From a virus (Duplodnaviria; Caudoviricetes), in the IMG/VR virus record IMGVR_UViG_3300009180_000052, positions 1-53,675 of that record: a stretch of DNA of 53,675 bases; one strand, 5' to 3'. A program made the position numbers and the translations under genes. The notes beneath the pieces were generated by a model, which saw only the letters and a program-made list of their open reading frames with translations, searched no databases and was not told the DNA's origin. Positions 45,401-53,675 of the stretch are shown in pieces (position 1 is the first letter of the stretch; each line of letters opens with the position of its first letter).

Positions 45401-47351
45401 GGAAGAATATGCTACAATAAATTGTCTCATAATTCTCTTGGTCAGGTTTTATTACAAACTTATACCTAGTAGCCCATCCCGGAGGTTTTTGAGTAGCAGG
45501 TATTGTTACTTTGATTGAATTTTTAAATGCAGACAATCCACAAGGAACGTGCTCTGTATTATTAGGACTAACAAGAGCAGTTGATGCTCTATTAAACTCA
45601 TCCATATAAACTATACCAATCTCATAATCACGATTGCTATGTAAACTCTGAGGATTAGCTACTTCTTGAAAAGTAGCCTCTGCTAGAACAACTTGATAGT
45701 ACTCATAAAAAGTTTGAGTAGGGCTAGGTACATTATTAACAAATTTTTGTGCAATAAATTGGAATCCAATCCAATTACTGCTTGGGCTTGTTACAATACC
45801 AATAGGTTGTGCAACTGCACTTATACCACTTCCTATAGCTGTATTTGAATCTAAAGTATTTGGCAACAAGCAGTTAACTGAATCAGTAAATGTTGTTCCT
45901 GTACAAGCGGTTGCAAATGATTGAATGTTTGCTGATGTACCAACTGCAGTTTGAAACTCTACACTTGTCGCTAATGCATATACAGATGTGTACGTTTTAG
46001 TTAAAAAAAATGAAAAGTTTAAACTTACGTCAGTAGTTTCTTGTGTAGGGAATGGAGTTTGACCTGAAAATTGAGCGTGCTCAATTGTTACTGCCAAACT
46101 AACAGCAGAACCTGCAACTAAATTTTGACCTGTTAAATCAAATGAAACTATTGAACTTGGAACACTTACGCTTCCGTCAATATTATAATTTCCTGTTGAA
46201 GTAGCATCATTTATATTAGAATTACCAATAGGTAATGAAACCAAATCAGTAGTATATTCAAACTTAACGGGAACACCATATTGGTCTACCAAATCGTATC
46301 CTTCAATGTAATTACCATACATCAATCTATTTCCCATAATAGTCTGAGCCTTAGCGTATCTAGGTACGTTATCATACAATCTTAATAATTCAGACTCAGA
46401 TAGTATTGTAAATATTTTACTATTGGTAAATATATATTGGTATTCTGTATTATTTGCAAGACCTAAGTTAGCCTTGTCAAGTTTTTCAATAACTTTTATA
46501 ACAGTACCATCTGCTCTTTTAAATAGCAAATCAACACCAACTACAAGAGAACTTCCTGAGTTATATGTAATTCTTGCTGAGTTGCAGAAGTTGGTCATAC
46601 CCTCATTTAAAAAACTCTCAGTACTAAAACTAAACGCATTAGGTACAAAAGCAGGTTGAGACCACTGAGATGTAGCACTATACTCTCCGTCAATATATTT
46701 GTATCTATAAGCAAAACAAATAAATCTTGTAGTTAAAAAATTCTCCTGTCCATTAGTTACAATAGGCTCTACATCAGGAGATTCTACCGGTGGCTTCTTA
46801 ATCACAAGCAAAGATTCTGCTGTAAATTGGTCTATATTAGATACGGGGTTAGCGTAATTTCTATTGGTATTTATAAATCTAGGTGCATTGTAGTCATCCG
46901 TAAAAAACAATAAATCGTTTAATATATTTACACCCGTAATCAAATAACTTGGGTTAAAGTTTAACACAGTATTAACGTTTGCACCATCGTTAATGCTTAT
47001 TACGTGATAGGTTAATATGTTGGTAAAAACGTTAAAAGAAACAATTAGGTCAAGTTTACCTGTAGCACCTACCGGGAAAGCTGAGTCGTGAACAAACCAA
47101 TATATGGTTTCATTTGCACTATCCTCAATTGCACCGATACATCTTGCTGATGAACTAAGAGATGTTCCATTATATTTTAATGTAGTAAGAGAAAGATTAC
47201 CTTTTGTATTCTCTATTACTCCCATCTCAGCGTTCTCGGTTGAACCCATCCTAATATTCATAGCGTCAACATACTCACCCTCAGGAAGCAAACGTTCGTC
47301 TACTACCTTATTCATTCTACCTGCTATGAAGTTTCTTGTAAAATTTGCCAT
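42459..47351 (-). CDS. Large tail stabilisation/nozzle-like protein with inserted accessory domains
   Basis: F..GRMNK..DERL.P.GEY.DAMNI N-terminus; FAYRYKY.DGEYS, GNRLMYGNY..GY, YGIS.NPES, GGFDP...EY motifs. Confidence 0.7.
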   Translation of the reverse strand: MANFTRNFIAGRMNKVVDERLLPEGEYVDAMNIRMGSTENAEMGVIENTKGNLSLTTLKYNGTSLSSSARCIGAIEDSANETIYWFVHDSAFPVGATGKLDLIVSFNVFTNILTYHVISINDGANVNTVLNFNPSYLITGVNILNDLLFFTDDYNAPRFINTNRNYANPVSNIDQFTAESLLVIKKPPVESPDVEPIVTNGQENFLTTRFICFAYRYKYIDGEYSATSQWSQPAFVPNAFSFSTESFLNEGMTNFCNSARITYNSGSSLVVGVDLLFKRADGTVIKVIEKLDKANLGLANNTEYQYIFTNSKIFTILSESELLRLYDNVPRYAKAQTIMGNRLMYGNYIEGYDLVDQYGVPVKFEYTTDLVSLPIGNSNINDATSTGNYNIDGSVSVPSSIVSFDLTGQNLVAGSAVSLAVTIEHAQFSGQTPFPTQETTDVSLNFSFFLTKTYTSVYALATSVEFQTAVGTSANIQSFATACTGTTFTDSVNCLLPNTLDSNTAIGSGISAVAQPIGIVTSPSSNWIGFQFIAQKFVNNVPSPTQTFYEYYQVVLAEATFQEVANPQSLHSNRDYEIGIVYMDEFNRASTALVSPNNTEHVPCGLSAFKNSIKVTIPATQKPPGWATRYKFVIKPDQENYETIYCSIFFQDPLTNNAYFLLEGENARKVEAGDRLIVKADSSGATSSCVYATVLEKSSQASDFIEIPTELDPSVFIPIPAGVYMKINPNSFNTVQDENAIIAPGKKTARAASPGPIGPGTFPILDYPMNTAQTAGFDPAHPTWEFSDYTVPAGSRIVLDIKQFRNGSGCQCEERTNTLEKTLVSSTTYDNMYDWFVGDNIEQFLDDGLRYASCGDAIPENTFVAGTGNPVVPTDGGINYYQFYRNPTTNELYLMITGTRSCPGINFPGSRASNVEVNITVFRSEKNLIFETEPTDALPDVFFENEMSFAITGGNHMGNIQNQNIGAGTSAIIDTKFFNCFAFGNGAESYKIRDSIIGNSFNFGNRVTSVSAQDYKAADRFADITYSGIYSAESNVNKLNEFNLGLLNYKVCEPSFGEIFILDGRQTDVLVLQEDKISYVLADKNLLSDSTGGGVVASVPEVLGTQIARSEKYGISFNPESYIQWGYDRYFTDVKRGAVIQLRGTSYSSEELKVVSEMNMRTWFRDTFNESFNTQKLGGFDPYMNEYVLTSNTIAIPSNPQCINCGITQTFTLSSATSATTTYCVDLGPTVGNTDINYTVSSISASGNFQIVATYNAIAYSTGVVTTSGTLTFNKNNVSVETVTLVITYIGDITLSVEVECVQAASLSIVQIVLTNDYDSGQTINSQYRYVSGSFTSPLQSTFVTFASGTTNPLVSLYNITTNYVGTGGFPPAGSTMSLISNKLATDTFVFNPATDKFRYLVSNTLYNNTTANINSLLALTTIATPNQGGGSNNYANFTVPALQTYLYLVWDFRSSVAVELCYSNLNTEDACCGCELSPISYNCIDGNCIDPGDGTGTYDNLESCEANCAAPTTVTLDWNVGQQSGGALTIYNNVMSQILSVTSTAGSAQSGTIYPLISELPYTIRGEWVSGSGNIIQFNLCDIIGGGTIFTSGEITNVEGYEDYLVSPTPVHGLVNLTAQNVTPPTCPV

Positions 47352-47352
47352 T

Positions 47353-48276
47353 TTATTTTATTTGCTTGTCCATACCTCTCATATTCATTAAGAGTCTACC
47401 GGGATGAATGTTACTGATTCTTATTTTAGCATTACTTAACAAAGCCTTTCTTTTTTTACGAGAACGGGCAACAATATATTCTTGGACACCAAGTTTAGAA
47501 CTAAGTATCTCATATTCAACTGCTGCATAAATATATGCTTCAAATAACTTATTTACCGTAATCAAAGAATTGTCTCCCTGCTCCATACCATCAGACACAT
47601 ACTCAAGAATACAAGACAACCCCGACATCGATGAGTCAAAGTTAATAACTCCTGACTTTCTATCAATATTAAAAGTAGGATTAAAATTTGCAGTCTCTGT
47701 ATTTAGTCCATATGCCGCCCCAATGTTTGCTTCAAAATACCACATCCCATCGTAGTTCCATCCTAACTGCCCATTATATTGATTACCTTGATTAAGGTAA
47801 ATACTCTTTTTTGTTTTAGCTAATCTCTCCAAGTCAATAGTTGAGTATTGTGGAGATAAAGCATTCCCGTATTGGTCAAATAAAATACGACCCGTATTGT
47901 CTTGAAGATAAGCCTTAGATGAAAGTGTTTGAATATTCTCGGTTAAAGGTCTAAGCCAACCATCTTTGTATAAAGATACACGCACCCAATTGACATAGTC
48001 AGAAGGTAAAATAAATCTTAATGTGTCAGGAACAGTTAACTCTAATACTTTAATTTCTTTAAAAGCATCATAATTTAATTCCTGAATAGCACGCTTTGCG
48101 TGAAATAATATTTTATAACGTTCTTCGTTATTAACTAAAGAATGGTTTCCTGCATACATCAATAAGAAGTTATTGACTATGTCAGTTAGGCTAATGAATT
48201 GATAAGACCCCCAATTGGCGTCCTCAGGTACTACACCTCCATTCTCGTAATATTGATACTGTGATATATATGCCAT
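47353..48276 (-). CDS. Probable head-tail connector/ring protein
   Basis: FHAKRAIQELNYD, LP.DYVNWVR, LEY.SDG motifs; position after the capsid genes. Confidence 0.6.
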   Translation of the reverse strand: MAYISQYQYYENGGVVPEDANWGSYQFISLTDIVNNFLLMYAGNHSLVNNEERYKILFHAKRAIQELNYDAFKEIKVLELTVPDTLRFILPSDYVNWVRVSLYKDGWLRPLTENIQTLSSKAYLQDNTGRILFDQYGNALSPQYSTIDLERLAKTKKSIYLNQGNQYNGQLGWNYDGMWYFEANIGAAYGLNTETANFNPTFNIDRKSGVINFDSSMSGLSCILEYVSDGMEQGDNSLITVNKLFEAYIYAAVEYEILSSKLGVQEYIVARSRKKRKALLSNAKIRISNIHPGRLLMNMRGMDKQIK

Positions 48277-48287
48277 ATCTTAAATTT

Positions 48288-49226
48288 TTATGGATTTTGT
48301 TCTTGTTGTTCTTTCGCCATACTAAATTGTGTAACCTCAGTCTCACGAATAGATACACCACAATACTGAAGAATCCTTGTAATTAACTTATATTCATCTT
48401 CAGGAGGCAGTTCAAAGTCTTGATAATCATTTTGAGATTGGTCAAACACCGGCTCACCATTAGTAAGTGTTATATATGTCCATTTTGGAACTGCAGGATA
48501 CCTAAAATAGGTTGATTCTACTTGCCCCTTATTACTTATAGTTGTAGGATAAAAAGTCAATTCTGAGCCTTGTAATGCGTAAACAGGGAACTCATTTGTT
48601 GGTTGCGTTAAATTTGAATTAACCAACAACGTAAGTTTATTATTAATTACCTTTTCCGCTTGAACATTAGTAGATGAAGAAAAAACTCCATAAGAGTTTG
48701 CAGAAGCTAAAAATATATTTGAGTCTAATGCTAATACGGTATTACTAACTACTGATGTTACGGTAGATACTAAGCCTGTTGTTATGTTAGTAACAACGTC
48801 ACCTGCTGAAATATCATCTGATAAAAATGTAGCAGTACTATCAACTAACTGACTACTAACTACGGATGTATTTGTTCCTGTTTTCAATGTAACCGGTCTA
48901 CACTTAACGTCCAATAACATATAAGTATAATAACCTGTTGTCGCAGGAGTAGGCATTGAGAATTTGTTAGCAGCTATTTTTGTTAAATAGTCTGTTCGTA
49001 GAAAATATTCTAATACTTCTGCTGTTGGTTGTTCCATATCAGCATAGTCTACACCCGACAATCGAGCATTTTCTGCATTTATAACCTTATTGTAACTATT
49101 AAAATACTCCTCATAAATTTCCATCTGTGCATTTTGAGCATACAGATTGAAATCAGAAGGAGAGATATATCCATAGTTGTTCTTATTCAACACAGACAAT
49201 ACCGCATTTCTTACTGAGTTTATCAT
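48288..49226 (-). CDS. Probable head-tail adaptor/ring protein
   Basis: Start revised to MINSVRNAVL; NKNNYGYISP.DFN.YA..AQ, Y.RYP..P.W.Y, DFELP, IL.Y.GVSIRE. Confidence 0.6.
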   Translation of the reverse strand: MINSVRNAVLSVLNKNNYGYISPSDFNLYAQNAQMEIYEEYFNSYNKVINAENARLSGVDYADMEQPTAEVLEYFLRTDYLTKIAANKFSMPTPATTGYYTYMLLDVKCRPVTLKTGTNTSVVSSQLVDSTATFLSDDISAGDVVTNITTGLVSTVTSVVSNTVLALDSNIFLASANSYGVFSSSTNVQAEKVINNKLTLLVNSNLTQPTNEFPVYALQGSELTFYPTTISNKGQVESTYFRYPAVPKWTYITLTNGEPVFDQSQNDYQDFELPPEDEYKLITRILQYCGVSIRETEVTQFSMAKEQQEQNP

Positions 49227-49239
49227 TAGTTCTTTTTTA

Positions 49240-49280
49240 CAAATATACATAAAAAAAAGAGGGCACAATCAGTACCCTCT
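49240..49280 (-). terminator. Intrinsic terminator followed by a TATATTTG promoter element
   Basis: Minus strand AGAGGGTAC-TGATT-GTGCCCTCT plus T-run, then TATATTTG at 49247-49240. Confidence 0.7.
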
Positions 49281-49313
49281 CTAACCTATCAATCTATCAA
49301 TAACCAAATATAT

Positions 49314-50057
49314 CTACGACAAAGTTGCTTCTAACATTTTTAGCGAATCTATGCCTTCATCACTTTGTAAGAAATGGGCTACCATACTAAAAGGGTCTTC
49401 TCCAAAAGGAACCGACAACATCTTCTTTTTATTAGTAGCTGTATTAAACCATACTTCTTTCTCGCCATTTCTTAATACCAATAACTTGTTTTCAAAAAAT
49501 GTACGGACTTTGGCTTGGAATTTTAATTCAGGGTCATTCAATATATTTAAAAACTCTCTTGGGTCTCTTTTAGCAAATACCAATATATCACGCTTTAACT
49601 CAGCAGTAGATACGGTAGATGGGTCTTTACCAAACATCACTCTTGTTAGAGTTTCAATTTGGTCAAGTGTAAGCTGACGAGCCTCCACTAAGGCATCAAC
49701 TTCAATGTTTAAATCTTCAACCTCAGCACTTGCGTCTTTCTCTTTGTCTATTTCAACAAAAATATTGCCATTTAATGGATGGTAATGTAAAAACTGCTGT
49801 AGTACGGGGTTTGTTCTTGGCACTCTTAAGAACCCATCTTCAAAGATGATTGGTTCAATAATAGCATTCCCATCTTGTTCGTCCTCGAAAGGAGACTTCT
49901 GATTTATGGAATACCTAAGAGCACGGTTTTGGTTGTTTTTCTCGTCAAACCACATTAGTGGGAATCGAGGATGGTTTCTTGACGCTAACGTATATGATAG
50001 CGGATTACCTATTTTTAATCTGTAAACTTTATCTACAGAAGATATAACTTTTGACAT
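49314..50057 (-). CDS. Hypothetical protein downstream of the capsid gene
   Basis: RALRY..NQKSPF.DEQ, I.FEDG.L.V, LQ.FL..HP motifs. Confidence 0.7.
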   Translation of the reverse strand: MSKVISSVDKVYRLKIGNPLSYTLASRNHPRFPLMWFDEKNNQNRALRYSINQKSPFEDEQDGNAIIEPIIFEDGFLRVPRTNPVLQQFLHYHPLNGNIFVEIDKEKDASAEVEDLNIEVDALVEARQLTLDQIETLTRVMFGKDPSTVSTAELKRDILVFAKRDPREFLNILNDPELKFQAKVRTFFENKLLVLRNGEKEVWFNTATNKKKMLSVPFGEDPFSMVAHFLQSDEGIDSLKMLEATLS

Positions 50058-50085
50058 TTTTATAAGATTTAATTTGATTTAATTT

Positions 50086-50118
50086 AAAAAAAGGAGAGTG
50101 TCTTTGAAGACACCCTCC
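50086..50118 (-). terminator. Capsid-gene terminator whose stem contains palindrome copy 9 (50098-50113)
   Basis: Minus strand GGAGGGTGTCTT-CA-AAGACACTCTCC followed by T7. Confidence 0.8.
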
Positions 50119-50136
50119 AATTATATTTACCACCTA

Positions 50137-51555
50137 TTATCCATAACGGAATAACACGAAGTTGTTAGCACCCAAGGTACATACGCAACGCTCAGAAAGG
50201 AAGTTAACCTCCATTGCATCTAAGTCGCTTGTAGCGGCACCACCGGCAGAACCTGTAATCCAAGTCTTGTATCTGCGGTCTTCAGCTTCAGAAGCACGGT
50301 AACGAACGTGTAAGAAAGGACGCTTAGCATTCTTTCCCATTATTTGGTCGTACACTGAAGTAGAACCTGCAGGAACCATTAAACCTGTAATAGTACCGGT
50401 TGCAGTTGCAGCAGCACTGCTTAAACCACCACGCATTGTTGGGTCATTTAAGTATTTCCAATCAGACTTGTAGAAATCATAACCTCTACGGAATCCTGTG
50501 AAACCTAAATTTAACGCCATATCAACATCGTTATCGAAAAGACCGTATGAAGCTGATTGAGAAGCACTACCTGCGGTATAGCCATTCAATTGAGCCAACA
50601 TATTGTCAATATCGAAACTCAATCCACGATTTACGAATACTACGTTCTCTTCGATAGCACCTTGCTTATCTAAACGAGAAACGATAGAATCCCAATCAGA
50701 TAAAGTTGTTGGAGTACCACCACCCCAAACGTTACCACGATTGTTTACAACGTAGAAAATACCTTGAGAACCAATAAAGCCTGCAGTTGCAGCACCTGAA
50801 GCAGATGCAGCGGGAACAGCTTCAATCATTGAAGTCTCTAAGTAATCTTCAAAACGTAAACGAGTCTCGTGCTCTGATTTCAAATACCACAAGTAACCTG
50901 TAGCACCGTTCTCAGTAGTAACTTCAACCCAACCGATTTGAGCCATATCTGAACCATTAACCGCATACTTATCTTTAATGATAATAGGGTTGTTGCTGTA
51001 GATATCATCTTCTGATTCTAATGAACCAACCATTCCGTTAGTTCCTTTCTTAAACTCAGAACCATAAATGAATACGGTACAAGCTGTAGAAACAGCGAAT
51101 GCTTGACCTGCAGTCTCGTAGTAAGCTACTGTGAAAGTAGTTGCTGAAGGAACTGCAGTTACGATAGCCTTGTTGAAAACACCTGTTGAGTTGTTTTGAA
51201 TCATCAACGTTTGTCCAACACGAATAGCGATATAAGTCACACCACTATCAGCCACAGTAAAAGTAGCTGTTGAAGCTGCTGCTGCTGCTGCTGAAGTACA
51301 ACTTGTGTACTTAATGTGTAAACGTCCTTGTTCTGCCCATTTGATTTGGTCAGAATTAGAAGGCATCTCTGCTCCTACCATACGTAAGAAAGATGCGATT
51401 GTTCTATTACCATAACGCTCAAATTCTTTCTCATAAGTATCAGGAAGATACTGATTTAAGAAGTCGAAGTTGGTAATGTAGTTTGTTTGTAAGGCTACCT
51501 GTTCTGCAGAAGGCTGCAGGGCGAAGGTAGGGTTACTTAAAAGTGCACTTGCCAT
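50137..51555 (-). CDS. Major capsid protein
   Basis: 472 aa after the scaffold-like gene, followed by a terminator; QYLPD.YEKEFERYGNR, W.EQGRLH, LGF.GFRRG.YDF, FLSERC....GANNF motifs. Confidence 0.8.
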   Translation of the reverse strand: MASALLSNPTFALQPSAEQVALQTNYITNFDFLNQYLPDTYEKEFERYGNRTIASFLRMVGAEMPSNSDQIKWAEQGRLHIKYTSCTSAAAAAASTATFTVADSGVTYIAIRVGQTLMIQNNSTGVFNKAIVTAVPSATTFTVAYYETAGQAFAVSTACTVFIYGSEFKKGTNGMVGSLESEDDIYSNNPIIIKDKYAVNGSDMAQIGWVEVTTENGATGYLWYLKSEHETRLRFEDYLETSMIEAVPAASASGAATAGFIGSQGIFYVVNNRGNVWGGGTPTTLSDWDSIVSRLDKQGAIEENVVFVNRGLSFDIDNMLAQLNGYTAGSASQSASYGLFDNDVDMALNLGFTGFRRGYDFYKSDWKYLNDPTMRGGLSSAAATATGTITGLMVPAGSTSVYDQIMGKNAKRPFLHVRYRASEAEDRRYKTWITGSAGGAATSDLDAMEVNFLSERCVCTLGANNFVLFRYG

Positions 51556-51574
51556 TTTTTTTAAATTTTATTGT

Positions 51575-52660
51575 TTATATTTTTTTTATACTGCGTATTT
51601 TCAGGTTTCGTCCTGAATCAGGGTTTAACGCTTTCACCTGCATTCCATTCGTTGATTTGCTAACCTCGGGTGCTTTACGCTCTGACATATTGATGTTTTT
51701 GGTTTTACGCATAACATCTTCAGTAGCATCAGATAACCCTTGTTCATAAAAGAATTTAGCAAATTTGTCAGGATGCATTGCTATCGACAATGACCTATGA
51801 TAGCCTGCTGCGTCTTTCATCAAACCTTGCCCATCTAAGAACTTGTTAATAAAGTTCTGTGGTGTAGCTTGGTTCTTTTTCAACTCACTAGCGTCTCCGG
51901 GAGCAAACGTGAACTTCTTGTCATTAACATTGAACTCAAAACCTTTGAACTCTCCGCTAAAAACATCGTTCGTCTTTTGGTCAAACCATTGACGTTTACG
52001 ATTGTTCTCCTCTTCTATGGTCTTTGCCTGTTGGGTATATTGCTTATAGCTGTCGTATATTTCTTTCTCCTCATTTGGAATAAATGCCGTTCTTGACTCA
52101 AGGGGCATTTTATATTGTTCCTTTTGGGAAGTGAAATATTTCTTGGCTTCAGCAAGAACTTTCTTTTTTGCGATTTTTGCCTTTTTAACGGTTGACTCAT
52201 CATCTAAATCAGTGTCAAACTTGTACTCATCCATTAACGTCTCAATGTCATCACTATCAAGACCTTCCTGTGTGGAAGAAAGGTATTCTTTAAGGAGTTG
52301 GTCAGGACTCATTGTATCAAAGTCTTTATTTAACTTTAAAAAATCGTCAAACCCACGTCCCGTATCCTTTTTGTATTTCATATAAGCAGCTACATCTTCA
52401 GGCAATTGCTCAGCTTCTTTACGCTCAGCTACCAATTCATCCAATGAATTTATCTGCTTATTATATCTCTTACCAATATATGAAAGAACATCTTCATCCT
52501 TTAAATCAACACCTGCAGGTACGGGGTCTATTATAACCTCTTTATCTGCTTCATTATTTTCTTGACTTAACGAATCTTCGTGTTTATCAAGTAACTGCTT
52601 CTCTACTTCTTGAACACTTTTTGGTTCAAGCATTTCTACGGCTCTAACTTTATATTCCAT
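51575..52660 (-). CDS. Probable capsid scaffolding protein
   Basis: Acidic and helical; between portal and capsid; TATTTTTG element at 52681-52688. Confidence 0.6.
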   Translation of the reverse strand: MEYKVRAVEMLEPKSVQEVEKQLLDKHEDSLSQENNEADKEVIIDPVPAGVDLKDEDVLSYIGKRYNKQINSLDELVAERKEAEQLPEDVAAYMKYKKDTGRGFDDFLKLNKDFDTMSPDQLLKEYLSSTQEGLDSDDIETLMDEYKFDTDLDDESTVKKAKIAKKKVLAEAKKYFTSQKEQYKMPLESRTAFIPNEEKEIYDSYKQYTQQAKTIEEENNRKRQWFDQKTNDVFSGEFKGFEFNVNDKKFTFAPGDASELKKNQATPQNFINKFLDGQGLMKDAAGYHRSLSIAMHPDKFAKFFYEQGLSDATEDVMRKTKNINMSERKAPEVSKSTNGMQVKALNPDSGRNLKIRSIKKI

Positions 52661-52706
52661 TTGATTTGATTTTATTTATACAAAAATAGATAAAAATTTC
52701 GACATT

Positions 52707-53675
52707 TTAACGAGGCTCAAATTCAGCTAAATCAAAACCATCCAAGCTATCCTCATTTGATTCAAAACTTATTGGAGGTAGATTGTTCTTCCTTTGATTA
52801 ATTAATTTAGATTGTTCTGTATTTTGTTGGCTAATTCTTTTGGCTTTAGCATCTTCTTTTGTCTGCTCTCTAGTATTTATATTACTTGTCTCCATACCAC
52901 GAAGCTGCAAATTATAATCAAACTCCTCACGCATTAGATAAGATTTCATCTCTGCTTCTTTCTCCATTTTTTGAATATCAAAAGCTACCTCTGCTTGTTT
53001 AATCTGCATCTTAGACCTTGTCTCCAAGTCAATCTTCTGCATTGCAACCTGTCCTGCCATTTCTTGAGACTTTAATTGTTGCTGAGCAATCATTGCTTGC
53101 TTCTGCATTTCATTCTTCTCTAAACGCTCTTGAGTCTTAATACGCTTCATCTTTAATAATTGATTAGCAAGTTTAATGTTGCGAATCTCACGTATGTCAA
53201 TTGCGTCTTCAAGGTTAATGTCACCTTTAGACAATGCCATTTGGATATTGCCTTCTAATTGTGCTTTTTGCTCTTCATCAGGTGAAACCTCAATGAATAT
53301 ACCAAAGTCATAAATATATAAGTCTTTAATCTCGTCTAATATAGATACATTGTATTTACCAATTTGATTAGCAAACTCATCTTTAAAGTCAGCATATTGC
53401 AAAATGTCTGCAACTCTATAAGTTAAAGCCTCTGCTAATGAACGATAAACATACAAAGAACCATCAAGTATATGTCTTGTAGCAGTATTTGAGTTTAATG
53501 CAGCCATCTTTTGCAGACCAACTAATGAGTTAGGGTCAGGATTAGAGCCATCTCTCGCTTCGTTAAGACCGGTCACAGACCTAATCATATCAACGTAGTG
53601 GTTCATATTAGTAATCAACATCTGCGTTTTAGCAGCACCTGAGTTAGAGTTTAACTGAGTGATAGGCACTCTTGC
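52707..53675 (-). CDS. Portal protein, C-terminal part (partial)
   Basis: TGLNEARDGS.PD..SLVGLQK.AA.NSN.ATRHI, DFGIF.E..PDEE.KA.LE.NIQ.AL motifs; frame open to the window end. Confidence 0.75.
   Translation of the reverse strand, partial: ARVPITQLNSNSGAAKTQMLITNMNHYVDMIRSVTGLNEARDGSNPDPNSLVGLQKMAALNSNTATRHILDGSLYVYRSLAEALTYRVADILQYADFKDEFANQIGKYNVSILDEIKDLYIYDFGIFIEVSPDEEQKAQLEGNIQMALSKGDINLEDAIDIREIRNIKLANQLLKMKRIKTQERLEKNEMQKQAMIAQQQLKSQEMAGQVAMQKIDLETRSKMQIKQAEVAFDIQKMEKEAEMKSYLMREEFDYNLQLRGMETSNINTREQTKEDAKAKRISQQNTEQSKLINQRKNNLPPISFESNEDSLDGFDLAEFEPR

Noticed and set aside
12346-50113. Palindrome copies as a CRISPR array or IS inverted repeats
   Set aside because: Spacing is irregular and kilobase-scale; no cas or transposase genes and no target-site duplications seen.

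Overview
Fragment of a tailed dsDNA phage genome, most likely podovirus-like with a Bacteroidota host. The host inference rests on TTTG-N19/20-TAnnTTTG promoters and AT-rich start regions without Shine-Dalgarno sequences. The minus strand carries late genes: at right, partial portal, scaffold-like protein, major capsid, ring/stabilisation proteins and large internal-virion proteins; at left, GroEL/PRTase/GroES, small basic proteins, a lysis cassette and a >1700-aa repetitive tail fibre running off the window. The plus strand (14.2-29.4 kb) carries an early/replication module: amidoligase, GATase-GGCT fusion, DnaA-CTD-like HTH, Sak, RecE-like exonuclease, SSB, primase-helicase, SF2 helicase and VRR-NUC. 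No DNA polymerase, integrase or terminase is visible. The most notable non-coding signal is a set of three type III hammerhead ribozymes and one anticodon-less tRNA-like element in the early region. Each lies 4-5 nt downstream of the same 16-bp palindrome, GTGTCTTYRAAGACAC, which I found nine times in the window, including three times inside coding sequences. Other signals: two related CGACAT iteron/IHF-like loci, a repeat-delimited small-gene cassette array, RelA/SpoT-like and other enzyme-like modules in a 2802-aa virion protein, and apparent avoidance of CCAG/CTGG and GATC. All assignments are by-eye motif recognition; no searches were run.
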